DNA of 57,697 nt, filler included, from Catajapyx aquilonaris (Eukaryota): the NCBI GenBank assembly GCA_000934665.2. It is 2 parts of 2 records of this genome, joined end to end, with 100 filler letters (N's around TTAATTAATTAA, not from the genome) between each part and the next. Parts side by side here need not be neighbours in the genome. Positions count along the whole stretch, not along the records: positions 1 to 28,720 come from JYFJ02004887.1; 1 more part is not named here. One strand, given 5' to 3'. Positions 1 to 13,000 of this stretch are shown piece after piece. The position numbers were made by a program, and so were the translations under genes. The stretch's first letter is position 1; every line of letters begins with the position of its first letter. A model generated the notes under the pieces. It was not told where the DNA came from, searched no databases, and saw nothing but the letters and a program-made list of their open reading frames with translations.

Positions 1-365
1 ACTTGACGAATTTACAATGCCGCATTTCAGTTTTTTGTCTCCCCTGTAAAATTTTGTCTCATGGACTTATGACCTTTCCATTCTGGGTGATTCATATATT
101 TTCTTCAACTTATAGAGAACTTTGACTTAGGAATGTTTGAGCTATAGAAGTTCCTCTGCATGTTTGCAGACTAAAAGTGGAATAAAAGTCAGCTTAGATC
201 CATGCAGGTGACATCCTTTTTATGGTCCTCCAGCAGGAGTCATTCAGCAAACATTGTGCATATCACCACTCTTGGAAACCATGCTGCCAACGACTAAGCG
301 CATGGAAGATTTCCACTTGTATATTCATCTGAACTGACCTCTGTTCCACCTAATAAAGTAATATC

Positions 366-673
366 GGGGAGACGGAGTGGCCTGCGGTAACGTACGCGCC
401 CACGGATGTTAAGGTCCTGGGGATACCCCATTCATCTCGTGCAGAGTTCTTGGGTCGTCTCTGGCTTCGTTTCGGGTGGTATTTCCGACTGACTAAGCCA
501 CCCAGGGGAGCTCACAAAATGACCTTACTAGTTGATGCACTGCACCTTGCACATCCCCTCCCAGTCCCCCTGCCCGTAGGCCCGGGCGCTTGTAACATGG
601 CCTCCCCGAATACCCCGTAAGGGGTGGCAAGGGGTATTACAAAAAATAAAGTAATAAATAATATAAAAAAATT
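366..673 (+). mobile_element. tRNA-derived SINE, family 1
   Basis: tRNA-like head (GGAGTGGCCTGCGGTAA...GGTCCTGGGGATACCCC), A-rich tail, flanking direct repeat AAGTAATATC at 356-365 and 674-683. A homologous copy lies on the minus strand at ~22912-23110. Confidence 0.7.
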
Positions 674-950
674 AAGTAATATCTCCGTAGAGTATAAAGT
701 CATTCCAAGTTTGTCACACTCCCTAAGGTGCATTTGTTTGGCAGTGGACACTGCATTTTAAGGTATAGGCCTAGTACATAGCATTTTAGAAACCAGCAGT
801 TTACATGACTGGAGTATAATCAACACTCATTCATGATAGGAAAAATATTTGTAGGCCTACGAGTAAAATTTTTACGAATAGGGGCCTGAAATTCATTATA
901 ATTAGCCAAAATTAATTGTGAAACCAGCAGTAATTCAGAAGTATACTTAC

Positions 951-3900
951 TTTCAACAAGAAAAGCTCATTGTCAAGATCATCAACCTCTTTCTGCAACT
1001 CTTCGACTAGGAAGTCCTTCTTATTGCTTTCATCTGCCATTCCTGCCATATGTCCTGTCAATTATACAGTATATAATGTAATGTAATGGTTAAGCACTGA
1101 ATATTTACCTAACATGTTCCCCAAATACTGCATAGTAATTTCCTGTCCTCCATTAGTAGGTTCATGTACCATATTTTCAGGTTAATTGAGAATAATTCAG
1201 AATGAAAATAAAGTGAGTACACAGTAAACACAATACAGATAATACAATCATTAAGTACAAACAGGTTATTACACAAATCAATGTGTTCATATTTCCAATC
1301 TTAATCTCCTGCTTATTGAACCACATGTATCTGATATATTGTGGGTTTCTCTGTAGGCTATAGCTATTGTTTGCAACAAGGAACCAAACAATAACAAGGA
1401 TAAAATGGTGGGATAACAAAACGATCAATCATGCAATAATGTCACGTGATAAAATCTCATTATTCAAGGCCATGAAACACGTGTCTTCAAGAAACAACAA
1501 AAATAATGATTGCCAGAATTTAAAATGTATACCTTGCCTGTGTAAAAATTACTGTGCCGGAACCTTGTCCAAAATATCACCAGTGTTCTTCAGGAATGTG
1601 AGTGTGTCCGACTAAAATTTTGCTCCTTCCCACTAAATGGTTAGAATGATCCCCAACAATTTATGACAGTTTGGTAGTCATTTCCTAGGTAGCTGTTTAG
1701 GTTATATTGTTGCAGCAGTTCTAGCTAGGAAACCTGAAATACAGGGTGTCTCAACTTTTTTGTCCGATCAGTTATCGGAAAAGCCTATGTATCTTCTAGC
1801 TATGTAGCCAGAATATGCCCCAACATTTCTGGCACATCCCTCAACAGTTGAGGGATGTGCCAGGAATGTTGGAGCATATTCTGGCTACATTGCTAGAAGA
1901 TACATAGGCTTTTCTGATAACTGATTGGACAAAACAGTTGAGACACCCTGTATATTATCTTATATCTATTCCATCATTTCCCCTGCAAGAAAGCATGACT
2001 ACTGCATGCTCAATGGCCCATGTAAGCTAAAAGAGAGTTCTCACTTTTTTTAAAACCTGCGCCCACTTATGGTGGGAGAAATGTCCCACTTCCATCGCAT
2101 TCTGGCCAATTAACCACAAGACATTATATTTTGGCAGTAAAACTTTGATAAAGAATTGAATATTTAATCAGTCTGAATTTCCATCTGAATGGTCTATGCG
2201 GCCCACTAACAGGCCATGGACTACACACTGAGAACAACTGGTCTAGAGCAGTCACCATCTCAAGCTTAGACTACAGTATTACCCAATGTCAACATATCCT
2301 GGATAAAACCAGCCCTATGTAATATACTTTTTAAAACATACATTATTTTGATAAGTTAAGACATCAACAAAAATAATAAATTAGCAATAAACTAGAATGG
2401 TTACAACAATGTGGTACTGTATTGTAATAAAAATGACACTGCCCAGTCAAGCTGGCAAAATTTATGAATGTCTAATTTTTGAATTTTTTTAATTCCATTA
2501 TTTTATTTTATCTTTTCAAACCTTGGGTAACTGAAACCATGAATAATAATTGGAACATACTGTACTATTTAAAATATCTATCTTTATTTTTATCAATATA
2601 GTGTTCGGTGTTTTAGCCATCACCACAACGAATAACTTTATTGTAAATGTGTCATATCTGTTAGGTTGACCAACATGCATTTCCACCAATATTGAGTCAA
2701 CTTGAGTCAGGGGGATTGGCTATCCAGCATTATAATCGGAGCTGCTCTAAATACACATAGTAGACACATCATGCATTTCATAATTGAGCTCACATGTGTA
2801 TCAGTAAATATCTCATGGTCACTCATATCCATTCACCCAGCTCTCCGCTCACCTTGAAGTATGGAAGTGAGTCACAATCATACATTGTTGGAAGGACATT
2901 TTGTGGGCTTTTCAATGGTATATGTAATCCCATGCCAAACTTGAATGTGAGTTCACAGTGACGAGAGTCCACTAAATTTCCACTGATAAAAATGTGAGCT
3001 TGATTCTGAAATGTCTGGTAGATGCACTGATGCAGGACATTTGGCACAGAAGATTTTATTGGCTCAGTTATGAAAAACTTTTAATTTTTTTTCCTGGCTA
3101 GCTATTGATTTTTGCTCCTATATTTCTGACGTTTAAAATTTTTTTCTCTGCCATGGCTTTTTTTTATTTGTTGGGCATCTTAAAACTTGCTCCTAGGTAT
3201 TTCATTGGTCCAGCCCCTGCGAGGGTTCCGGCATTACGTCGATGCTTACTTCTTCAGCAGTTGATGTCTGTGGTTCCTGATGATATAAAAATACTTCAAC
3301 TGGTGTCATACAATAGCCTGATATTAGAATTATTATACAAGATTGAGTCAAATGAAAGTGAATCAATGAACTGTATGCAGCACTTTTTTTTTAAATGATT
3401 ATGGGACTGACCCAGCCTTGTGGCCCTACAGCCCCTTAGTCCCTATTTATTTAATGCAACAAAATACACCAATGCAATATGCAAAACAATAAACTGCACT
3501 CTTACGCTAAGCCTGCATCCTCTTCTTTGCACTGTAGGGGCACGCACAACTTTAATTAATCATGATCCAAGTCAACTTACAATTTACTCCAATTAGCTTC
3601 AGTTCAATTCATCATTCAGCTTCAAGTCACTGCCATTCAATTTCCCATTCATCTTAATTCAATTCACTTCCCTTTTATTTACATTAAATTCCATTCACCT
3701 ACATTCTTCAGTGAATTTGGCTGCCCTCAATAATGCTTTTCAGTCTATCATAATGATGCAATTTAGGAATCCATTCAATTCCTAATTGAATTGGGCCTAT
3801 CACTTGTACACAGACATAATTATGGTGACGTTCTGGAGCAAAAATGCTACATTTTCAAAAAGGTCTAATATATCGATGGAATATTAAGTTGATCTGAGAG

Positions 3901-6711
3901 TGGTAGGACAGACAGATGTTTCAAAAGGGATCCCCTGCCACCATCATGGCAGATGACACATAGGGATATGGGACAGAGGAGGGTGGAAAAAGAAAAAGAG
4001 GGGCAATAATATGCATTGGTTTAGTCAAGTGTACTCCCCACCACCATTTACACACCTACCCACTGGTAGACCAAATTTGGATGTACAGTACCTGCCTAAA
4101 ACTGGATCAAGGCTCATTGCTCTCAGTCTACACGATTTGCTTCCCAAGGCTGCTCTTTATTTGACTGGTTCACTTTCATTTAACTCAAACATTTAATATG
4201 GTATTAGTGCTTGTGCTTAGGCCTCGTGGTTGTATGTTTTCAATGATTATAAGATGAGGTACCTCCACAGACCCCTCAGCTGGTTTCTTGATTGCAGCCA
4301 AGCGGAGTGTGTTGTATTTTTCCCTCCAAAAGTGAAGATCTTCTTGTGCAGACCTTATTCGCTGGATACACCACTTTACTTGGTTCATCAGTGCATCTGT
4401 CTGGGCCTTCTCTCGCTCGGCTGCCACTCGGATCTCACTCTGTCCCAAACAATGCACAAGATGTCAGTTACATTCAGCATTCAAAGATAATGATGACGCA
4501 AATCATTCTTGCTATTTCCTGTTATTGCTGGCACCCCCCTTCAGGGAAATTCCATGATATAAGGTAAAGTATGTGAAGCACATGTCAACTAGAATTGGGA
4601 TGCCAAATTTTTCTGTTCCTTATGCATGGCACCTGTTGCTGGACTGATTTAAAATCCTTGACCTCCATCGGAAATCACGTATTATTCAGATTAGTATATT
4701 CCCATTTACATTCTTAGAAAGAAAAACAGAAACTCTACCCAAAGGTGACAAGAATTAACGTTGGGGAGGATGGGGACTATACTTTCTGATGCAGTCAGTC
4801 ATTTTAGTTTTCCTCCTCACCTAACATGAGGAGTGCTTGCCAGTATAATGTTTTCATATATTTTATCACATTAGAGGAGAGTCAATGTTGGGCATTATGT
4901 TTTGTGGAAAGAAAGACAAATGGATGGGAGGGAGGGAGGGGTTTCCTTACCATGGGTTATCCTAGGGCAATACATGAAACATATGTGCACTGGTTTTGTC
5001 AGGTGAAAGATTACAGACCATTGATAATAATAAGAAAGTTGTGTAGGTTGATTAAATGTGGTAGGGGGTTTTTGCAAAACCGATTTACGATACTCTCACA
5101 TTTGAGTGTTTGGGAACAGTGGTAAGAAACGAAGTCCTACCACCTGTAAACATGGGGCATAAAAACATGACATGAAAGAGATCATAATTATCAGCTAGGT
5201 TACAATAATCACAGTGCTGGTCGTGGGCAAGTTTGTCATGCCTTAGTATCGAATACAATGGGATAACTGCCATTTAAAGTTGGTTTGTTGGTTGTGCCAA
5301 AGCAACTAAGGCTATCTGGCATTCACGTGATGGGTTTTTGGTAGTGGGAGGAAACAGGAGAACCCCAAGAAAACCCACACAAACACGGCAAGAACAGCGA
5401 AACTCTTCCACATAAGTGTCCTTCGTCCAACCCGGGGATCGAACTCGGAACCTTAGAGATGGAAGCTGTGGCGTTAACCACTACACCACCGTGTCGCCCC
5501 GCCATTTAAAGTGGACTTAGGTCAGTATACTGTACATAATTGATTTTTTAAATGTGGAGTCCGGGTTGACTGAGTGGGAGGGGGTTCACTCCCTCTTATT
5601 ATACATAATGGCAGTTCAACACCGAAGCAGTTTGGAGTAGGGGATATGGTGTCCGACTGCTAATCGGGAGGTCCTGGGATCAAATCCCGGGGCCGGCAAC
5701 TCTGACCGTGGTTTTCTGTGGTTTCCCACGGTCCTTCCAGGAAAATTCCAGAGTTGTTTCCGTAATTAATAGGCCACAGCCGCTTCCTTCCGTCCCTATC
5801 CTATCCCAAAAAGCGCAGTAAAATGAAAGCAATGAGTTCCAGGCAAAAAAAAAAAAAAAACTTCCCCCCTAAAGAGCCGATAGGCTGATAATGGGGTATG
5901 AATTATTAACATTTGGCAGTTCAACGTGACACATGCATGGGGTCAAGTTGGACCCAGAGTCAACCTGGCTGGAGAGCAGGTTTAACTCTGCCAGCCAGAG
6001 TTAAGATCATTTTAATATGATGGACAGAGTCAAGTTTTAAAAAAGTGTTTTAGAACTGTTGGAAGAGGTCAAGCCTGGGTGACAAGGTACGGTACAACCT
6101 CAGGGACACCCCACGAAGGTGTACAATGCCATTTCTTCCTGGAAAAAGTGACATACTGGTACTATTCTGGGGTTGGAGGGGTTGGTTATTCACATTGGTA
6201 TGTATCCAATTCAACTCTGGATTCAACCCTGACTAGCTCTCTCCATGGAGTTACTCAACCCTGCAATTTGAGCAGTCATTGTGCTTTACAGTTAACACAC
6301 AATTTAAATGCATTATTTTTTTTCCAGATATTAGGTAGTTTATGAGAAGGTTTCATGGAAAAAAATGCTACAACAAAAGTGTAATGGAGAAGTCACTCTG
6401 TCAAGAGCAAGAAATAATAACATGCAATGCTCTTCCATATGATCTGAACTTCCTGAGATTCCAAGATTGCAGTGGTTGTTTGACATTACCATTGTAACTG
6501 ACCACTTGAACCAATCAAGGTGGAGAATTCAACAAGTTATAATGCTAAGAGCCAAACAACCACTGCAATCCTGGATGTTGTATGACATGCTGTAAAACTG
6601 GAAATTGAGAAGATTACTTACTTTCACAGCCTTAATTTTGCCCTTGAAGTCTGCAATTTGAGCCTCAAGATGTAATATGAGGGCATCCTGGTCACTTATT
6701 TCATTTTCCAT
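951..6711 (-). CDS. Putative coiled-coil protein gene or pseudogene, partial exon set
   Basis: Candidate exons with canonical splice sites: 6711-6622 (MENEISDQDALILHLEAQIADFKGKIKAVK|GTAAGT), 4439-4263 (SEIRVAAEREKAQ...KKPAEGSVE|GT, phase-compatible with the first) and 1054-951 (HMAGMADESNKKDFLVEELQKEVDDLDNELFLLK|GTAAGT). The composition is heptad-like, but the linking exons are unresolved and nearby candidates contain stops. Confidence 0.3.
1742..1950. mobile_element. Palindromic Tc1/mariner-type MITE
   Basis: Near-perfect 209-bp palindrome CAGGGTGTCTCAACTTTTTTGTCCGATCAGTTATC...GTTGAGACACCCTG flanked by TA. The same terminal-repeat family occurs at 49012-49340. Confidence 0.85.
5085..5273 (-). 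mobile_element. Non-LTR retrotransposon (LINE) ORF2 C-terminal fragment
   Basis: Translation contains CDYCNLADNYDLFHVMFLCPMF, a C-x2-C-x9-H-x4-C zinc knuckle typical of LINE ORF2 C-termini. Confidence 0.5.
5281..5500 (-). mobile_element. tRNA-derived SINE with V-SINE-like core
   Basis: The minus strand has an A box (GGTGGTGTAGTGGTT) and a B box (GAGTTCGATCCC), then GTGGAAGAGTTTCGCTGTTCTTGCCGTGTTTGTGTGGGTTTTCTTGGGGTTCTCCTGTTTCCTCCCAC, resembling the V-SINE domain. A 12-bp TSD GCCATTTAAAGT lies at 5269-5280 and 5501-5512. Confidence 0.75.
5621..5913 (+). mobile_element. tRNA-derived SINE, family 3 (core resembling insect Talua-type SINEs)
   Basis: tRNA-like head (TGGAGTAGGGG...GGGATCAAATCCC) and core GGTTTTCTGTGGTTTCCC...TAGGCCACAGCCGCTTCCTTCC. 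A 12-bp TSD TGGCAGTTCAAC lies at 5609-5620 and 5914-5925. A degenerate copy lies at ~13450-13590. Confidence 0.7.
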
Positions 6712-6798
6712 GATTTATCAAGACTTCTCAAGCTGTTGATAATGCATGACATTAAAAGACATTGCCTTATAAGAGATACTTCACTTGCTAAAAAAAAC

Positions 6799-6799
<1 letters not shown>

Positions 6800-6846
<47 letters not shown>
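6800..6846. repeat. (CAT)n microsatellite
   Basis: Direct tandem repeat. Confidence 0.95.
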
Positions 6847-6847
<1 letters not shown>

Positions 6848-7073
6848 GTATGTCGAATAGAGGATCATCTTATGTGAAGAGTTTCAATGGCTCTCTTCAC
6901 ATGGTTTTCTGAATGTTCTCCCATTTCCATGTTCTTGTCATTACTACTACTACTATTACTACCATATTACCTCTCATAAAGCGGCATGCCCGGGGGTGGC
7001 CAGCATGCCGCAATAACCGAGGTAGATTTCAGTAATTTTCATCCTTGCAAAAAATTTTGGAATGCTGCTGGTA

Positions 7074-7514
7074 CAGTGCCGTGCACAATAGCATATAACA
7101 AGTGTAAACAACGACTTTGACGTTACCTGGCAACTGGGCGTGTTCCGACATCGGCATGTGGAGAGTGCTTAGCGTTCTTTCTGTCGTTGCCACTGTTTAC
7201 AGGTAGCGATTGATGCTGGGAGACCTATAGCGAAGGGTGTGTGCATGCTTGCCAATGCATGGCATCGGAATAAGCGGGCTGAGGGGGATATTATTTTGAG
7301 AAGGCGCTTCGTTATTATCACACTATCGTCACTGTCTTACTCCCACGATGATGGAGTTGCGGAATGGCCGTTAGAGACATTGCACTTGCACTTTGCACAT
7401 CCCCTCCTATACCTACCCTGGAGTAATTAAATAAGATCTTCTTATATGGCTCCAATTTTCGATGGTGGTAATCCACCCCCCTAATGGATATGGTAAATCC
7501 CAATGGGGTAATAA

Positions 7515-7578
<64 letters not shown>

Positions 7579-7797
7579 TCCCCCTCAGCCCGCTCATTCC
7601 GATGCCATGCATTGGTAAGCATGCACACACCCTTCGCTATAATTATGTCGCCCAGCATCAATCGCTACCTGTAAACAGTGGCAACGACAGAAAGAACGCT
7701 AAGCACTCTCCACATGCCGATGTCCGAACACGCCCAGTTGCCAGGTAACGCTAAAGTCGTCGTTTACACTTGTTATATGCTATTGTGCACGGCACTG
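7074..7797. mobile_element. Non-autonomous DNA transposon with ~220-bp terminal inverted repeats (Tc1-like CAGTG ends)
   Basis: CAGTGCCGTGCACAATAGC...GAGGGGGATATTATT (7074-~7295) is inverted at ~7573-7797, with TA on both sides. The centre holds a SINE fragment and an (AAT)n tract at ~7509-7578. Confidence 0.85.
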
Positions 7798-8868
7798 TAC
7801 CATACTAAACTACTGTAATGTTACAATGAAAATGGCAGGAGTGTACAGTTGTGAGAATATGAAAGTTATGTTGCACAGGGCATATAAAAAATGTAGCGTG
7901 TATGACCAATCCCATCGTCAGCCTGCTTTGACAGGGGAACCCCCTGCTCCAACATACTGTTTAAATAGAGATCATTGCCAGACACTACAATTGAAAACAA
8001 TATATGGTACAGTACATGTACCGGGTGCACAATCTGTTGACTTTTTATGTGAGCTGTGCAGGATACAGCGAAGGTGTGAGAGCTACAGTAGTATTAAAAG
8101 TTTGCAGCACTGCTTTCCCACTCACCTAAACTCCTCCGTGTGTGACCTTGTATATAAGGCACTGCCCATGAATAGTATAATATATGAAGCAGACTTTTAG
8201 CTTGATTCACTTACACATGAATTAGACCAACTGAGGAGTTGTCATCATAATATAAAGTATTTAATTATCACATACGCCTCTAACTAGTAATAAATCTTCA
8301 CAGTTATAACATTACTGTTTTTTAAATTTTTTTAAATGTTTGAGATGGTCTGCTTAGCATTCCAAGATTTAATGAATAACACACTTCTTTCACAACAATA
8401 TTTTTAAATTTGTCTTTATTTTACGAAAATAATTTCAAAACCACTGTACATACCTAAAGCTCTTGAAAGTCAATGAGGTTTCAAAACCAAACACTCAAAT
8501 TTTGTATTTTCCAGTAATCTGAATATGAGCACTGAAAATTTTGCTCCCACTGTTTGAAATGGCCAGAATGATTTTACAATAATTTAAGTTTGTTTGGTTG
8601 CCAAGCATTTTGTCGGAAAACTAAAGCAGGGAAATTATGGTAAACAAGAATGGACACCCTGATTATGATCATGAGTGCCTATTAGGAACTGCATGGGATA
8701 GCAGAAGGGAGAGTGCATGATGTCACTGGCTACAAACCACATTTGGGACGAGCATCTGAATGAAATGCCTCCCTGCACTTGCACCCACAAAGTTCAGTTT
8801 TCGTTACTGCAGACATATTACTATACTAGACATTTTCACTTATTCAGCTCTGTCCTAGTATTACGTTA

Positions 8869-9324
8869 TCAATCCTTCTTTGTCCACTCAAGCGCTTCCA
8901 TCTGGCATTTCTTTTCCTCCACTTCACGTCTGACTGTTTCTCCCTTGGCCGCCAAGATCTCCTCCACGTTCTTCTTCCCATTCAGGTCAGAGAACCATCC
9001 AAGATTGTCCGCAACCAAGTGTCGGCTGGAGCAACCCTCGCACTGTATGATGACAACTCCTTCCTCATACGCCTGCCTTGAGAACGTCTTTGTGTCTCTC
9101 TTTCCACACACTTTGCATGTGTACTCCATCCTCATCTTGGGCGCAACTTGACCCACCGCCCCATTGCCTCCATTGTTCCTCAAGCACTTGCTGCTCCACA
9201 AGCTCCGGACATTCAAGTGTCTGTTCACAGCAGTCTGCTGTACTGGAAGCACTCTAGCCCTACGAACTAACGTTGAAACCACACGAAACATGTGTTTCCC
9301 ATTCCCAGCAAAAAAGGTAGCCAT
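8869..9324 (-). CDS. DNLZ: DNL-type zinc finger protein (Hep1/Zim17/Tim15, mitochondrial Hsp70 escort), 151 aa, intronless CDS
   Basis: YTCKVCGKR...FSRQAYEEGVVIIQCEGCSSRHLVADNLGWF is the zf-DNL signature. The Arg-rich, acid-free N-terminus fits a mitochondrial presequence. Confidence 0.93.
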   Translation of the reverse strand: MATFFAGNGKHMFRVVSTLVRRARVLPVQQTAVNRHLNVRSLWSSKCLRNNGGNGAVGQVAPKMRMEYTCKVCGKRDTKTFSRQAYEEGVVIIQCEGCSSRHLVADNLGWFSDLNGKKNVEEILAAKGETVRREVEEKKCQMEALEWTKKD

Positions 9325-10006
9325 GATCCAGTAGTACCAACCAATTTTTTCTGCATAACCATAGTCATAATGAATTTTAAAACCATGGAACTTCCATATT
9401 AATGCTTATTACCATTTAAAAAACCGTTAATAAGTTTATATTTACAATTTAATTAAATTTAACACACTGTTACATAAGCACTGCCACCTGGGGCAGGTGT
9501 GCTGCACCTTCAAGGTACCCTAATATCTGTCATCTGCTGTCACCTTTTAACAAGAACTAACTGAAGCCAGAACCGTATTAAAATTAGTCCCCGTTTAAAT
9601 CGGGCAGATATCCTGAAGTAGTCCACACCATGCAACATTATTGTGGAACACGGAGGAATTTTTTTCGCGCGGGAGGAGAGAAACCAATCGGCCATCTTGA
9701 TGTCGCAGTAACACCTCGTAAAGCCATCTCCGCCCCAGCAATCGACCACGTCTCCCACTTCTCCCGGTCGGCCATCTGGACCGTCGCTTGAATCACTGGG
9801 AAAGTCAGGGGGTGGCTTGTCCACCTCATCGGAGTGGGAAATCCCAGTGAAACATCAAAAACATATTGTCATACGAAGACAAGCTGAGGGGCTAGCTTAT
9901 TGTGCTGGTAGTTGGCGCCAGGCGCGTGACAAGTCTGCAATGTTGTAGGGTTACTGAGTGTTAAGGTGTGGGTTAAAAGCTGTTGGCGGGCAGTTGGGCA
10001 GGCAAA
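9325..10006. promoter_or_regulatory. Probable bidirectional promoter DNLZ/MEN1
   Basis: Start codons are ~680 bp apart head-to-head. A CpG-rich core at ~9650-9830 has a CCAAT box and several GCCATCT (YY1-like) motifs. Confidence 0.55.
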
Positions 10007-13000
10007 ATGTGGCCTCTGAGTGAATCGGCCCAGCAGCTGTTTCCGCTGAAGGATGTGGCGGGTGTGGTGTCTCTCTTCCGATTGCAGTTGCAGGACCCAC
10101 AGCCTGACTTGGCCCTGATGTCTATTGTGCTTGGTGCATTGGAAAACTCCATGACCTGCAACCGTGCCCTGTTGGCAGCTGCGCAGCCCAAGAGGCAGAA
10201 GTCCGGGGCGGACGAACAAGCACAAGCAGAGGAGGCTTCGACAGCCAATGGGAACAGTGAGAAGGGGATAGAGTTTCCGCCACTGCAGCTGGAGCATGTG
10301 GAGGCACTCCTTGCCAAGTTTCAGGCCCTGGTGAAGGGCTCAGTGGACCTGTCACAATTCCCACCATCGAGGCTGGCCACATCCAGGGGTCTTGTCAAAA
10401 AAGTTTCTGATGTTGTCTGGAACACTCTCACACGGTCATATTACAAAGACAGGGCGCATCTGCAATCCCTCTACAGCTACCTGACAGGTGGGTGTGCTCA
10501 GGATGTAAATAAGTTTTCTAGCAGCATGCAGGTAGATCTGCATTATGCTAAAGTGCTGTGTCATGCTACAAGTCATTCTGTTGCCTTATATATTGAAATG
10601 CCAAGTGGTGTACTCTGTAAGCCCGGTGACACAGTCAGTCAATGGGCCTGAACAAGACAGGTGTAGTTATTTTAATCATTGCTGCCATTTTGAATGTGCA
10701 GACAATTAGAGTACGTTGCTAAATTTAGCTGCTGCCGCAGCAAAGCAAAAAACACATTTGATTCGTTACGGCAGTGTCTGAGTTTAGCAATGTACTCTTA
10801 TTGTCACTCTCATGACAACAATCATGCCATCAATATGATAATTATGATGTGAGATCTGAATATCGAAGGAGCAAAAATGCAACCAGAGCATGATGCAGAT
10901 ATTATGACTATCCAAAAACAAATGCATGCCAATTGTGTTGCTTTTAAGATCGTGTAAATAATTTTTTGAAATGTCTGTGAAAATATTGGTGAATTTAATG
11001 TACTTAGCTGAAGGCGTTGCCCTCCTAGGAGCAATGTGTGATAATAGCGTAACATTATTTACAAATCATGCCCATTTTAAGGGCTTCCTTAACCATCCTT
11101 GTCATAGATAATTATTAATGATTTTCTTATACTGCTGTAAAACTAGGATTTCTCTGAAGTTGGTGGATGGTACTTGAGTTTGCAAAAGCCTATACTGTTG
11201 CCAAACAATAACAATATTGTCAATGTTGAGGCTGGAGGAATGTTACCTGCTTAATGAACAACCCCCACTTCCCCCATTCCAATCCCTGCCACATATGCTC
11301 ACCACCCTCAAGTTAGGAATAGCGTAGTTTAGTATATAGCTCAAGTGATGTAGCACCATTATTCGACCCAGAAGGCCTCCTGGTTATACAATAGTGGCTT
11401 TTCCCACACGATGCCTCATATTAAAAGGCTACTAACAAGGGAAAATAAGTAAACCACTACTGTCAGACTAATAATGAGGTAAGAAACCAGCTGTAATCTT
11501 CAGCCATATGTCAGGCAAAAGTCCCATGATAAGGAATTTGCCTGTGACTGGCAGTGTCAGTTGACATGCCTGAAGTACAGTCTATAGCTATAAAAGGGAG
11601 TAGGCCTATAAAATAACTGTGTCAGTAGAGTTTTGACTCACAACCAAAGTATAACTTTTCTTACCCTCCTGAATTGTGAAAATTTTTGGATTTTCTAATT
11701 CTGCTTGGCCTGTAGTGTTGAGAAAACATCACCTCCGCTGCTAATTTCCACGTTAGCAGGGTGAAAATACAGCCAAAATGCAAGGGTTTTTAAATTGGGG
11801 CATTCTTTTTCGATATTTGTTACTTTTTTCAAACTGTAATGCACATTGTGATGATTGAAAACATTCACCAACAGTACTTAATGCAGTGGTTTCCAATCTT
11901 TTACCAACTGCGACCCCCTAAACATGTTTCCATAAATGTGCGACCCCCCCCCCTTCCTCCCCTCCCCTGACCCCTCCTACAACTGCCCCCTTTCCAGAAA
12001 ACATACACTCTGTACGGCCACAAAAATGGTTCAATTGACACAGAAATTGCAAAAATGAAAGTTGAACCAAGGCTTACGACCCCCCGCAACCCACCGGTTG
12101 GAAACCACTGACTTAATGCCTTCACAAACTGTTTCATCAAACCGAGCTTGATATGGTATGTTTAAGTCTAATTCTAAAGCTATCCCCAGAGTAAATATCA
12201 ATGGGTGTCCTTTTTTTTGCGAAAATCACAAGTTTTAAATTGCATGAAAACTAGAGTATGTAGAGGAAAACGATTTCAGATTTGAAATCAGCGTTGAATA
12301 AACACTTAGAAGCAGTTGAAAAATCTCATGCAACAGAAAAAAAACTTCTTTTTTTTGTTGCCCAGTGTAATCATCCCCTTGGCAAGAGGGAAGCCTATTT
12401 CTGACTGGGAACTGCCTGGAGCAGGTGGAGGGAAAGCATATTATGACACCTGTGAGGCTGTCTGGACTGTGACATACTCAGTACACAACTGTGCATGTTT
12501 TAACTGACATTTATTATGTGAAAGAGACGCAACAATGTTGTGCCAATAGTACAGGTGTGAGTGTATGAACACAATTTCACCTTCTGCCATTGCATTGCCA
12601 GCTGTTGAAATTGCTACTAAACATGGGCACAGAGGAATGATGTTTCACTGGAACTCTGGACAATATGAACAGATACAGTGCAATTTTAAATGTGCAGTTT
12701 GGACATCTTAAGTTAGTATTTCATTCAAATTGGTGGTGGTTTTCAGGGAAATGCCTGGCTTGTATGGCTCTTGTGTATTGAGCCTTGGCAGCCAGGGACA
12801 AGGAGGGTAAAATTTACCCCTCTTAACCAGTGAGACTGGGAAGGATAGGGATGTCAGGGGTGGGCGAGGAGGGCAAGCACCAGCTGTACTGCAATGCCGG
12901 AGTCACTCCAAGAACCGGGGTGGGGTATTTCCCCAAGCACCCTGTCCAGCCCAGAAATGCGAGTTTGTTCTGATGAAGACCACTCGAGTAGGCATCCCAG

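Noticed and set aside
5440..5700. tRNA genes
   Set aside because: The A/B boxes run into SINE bodies bounded by TSDs, and no complete cloverleaf is evident.
7413..7674. ORFs with long poly-Ile (TM-like) runs
   Set aside because: They are translations of the (AAT)n microsatellite inside a MITE.
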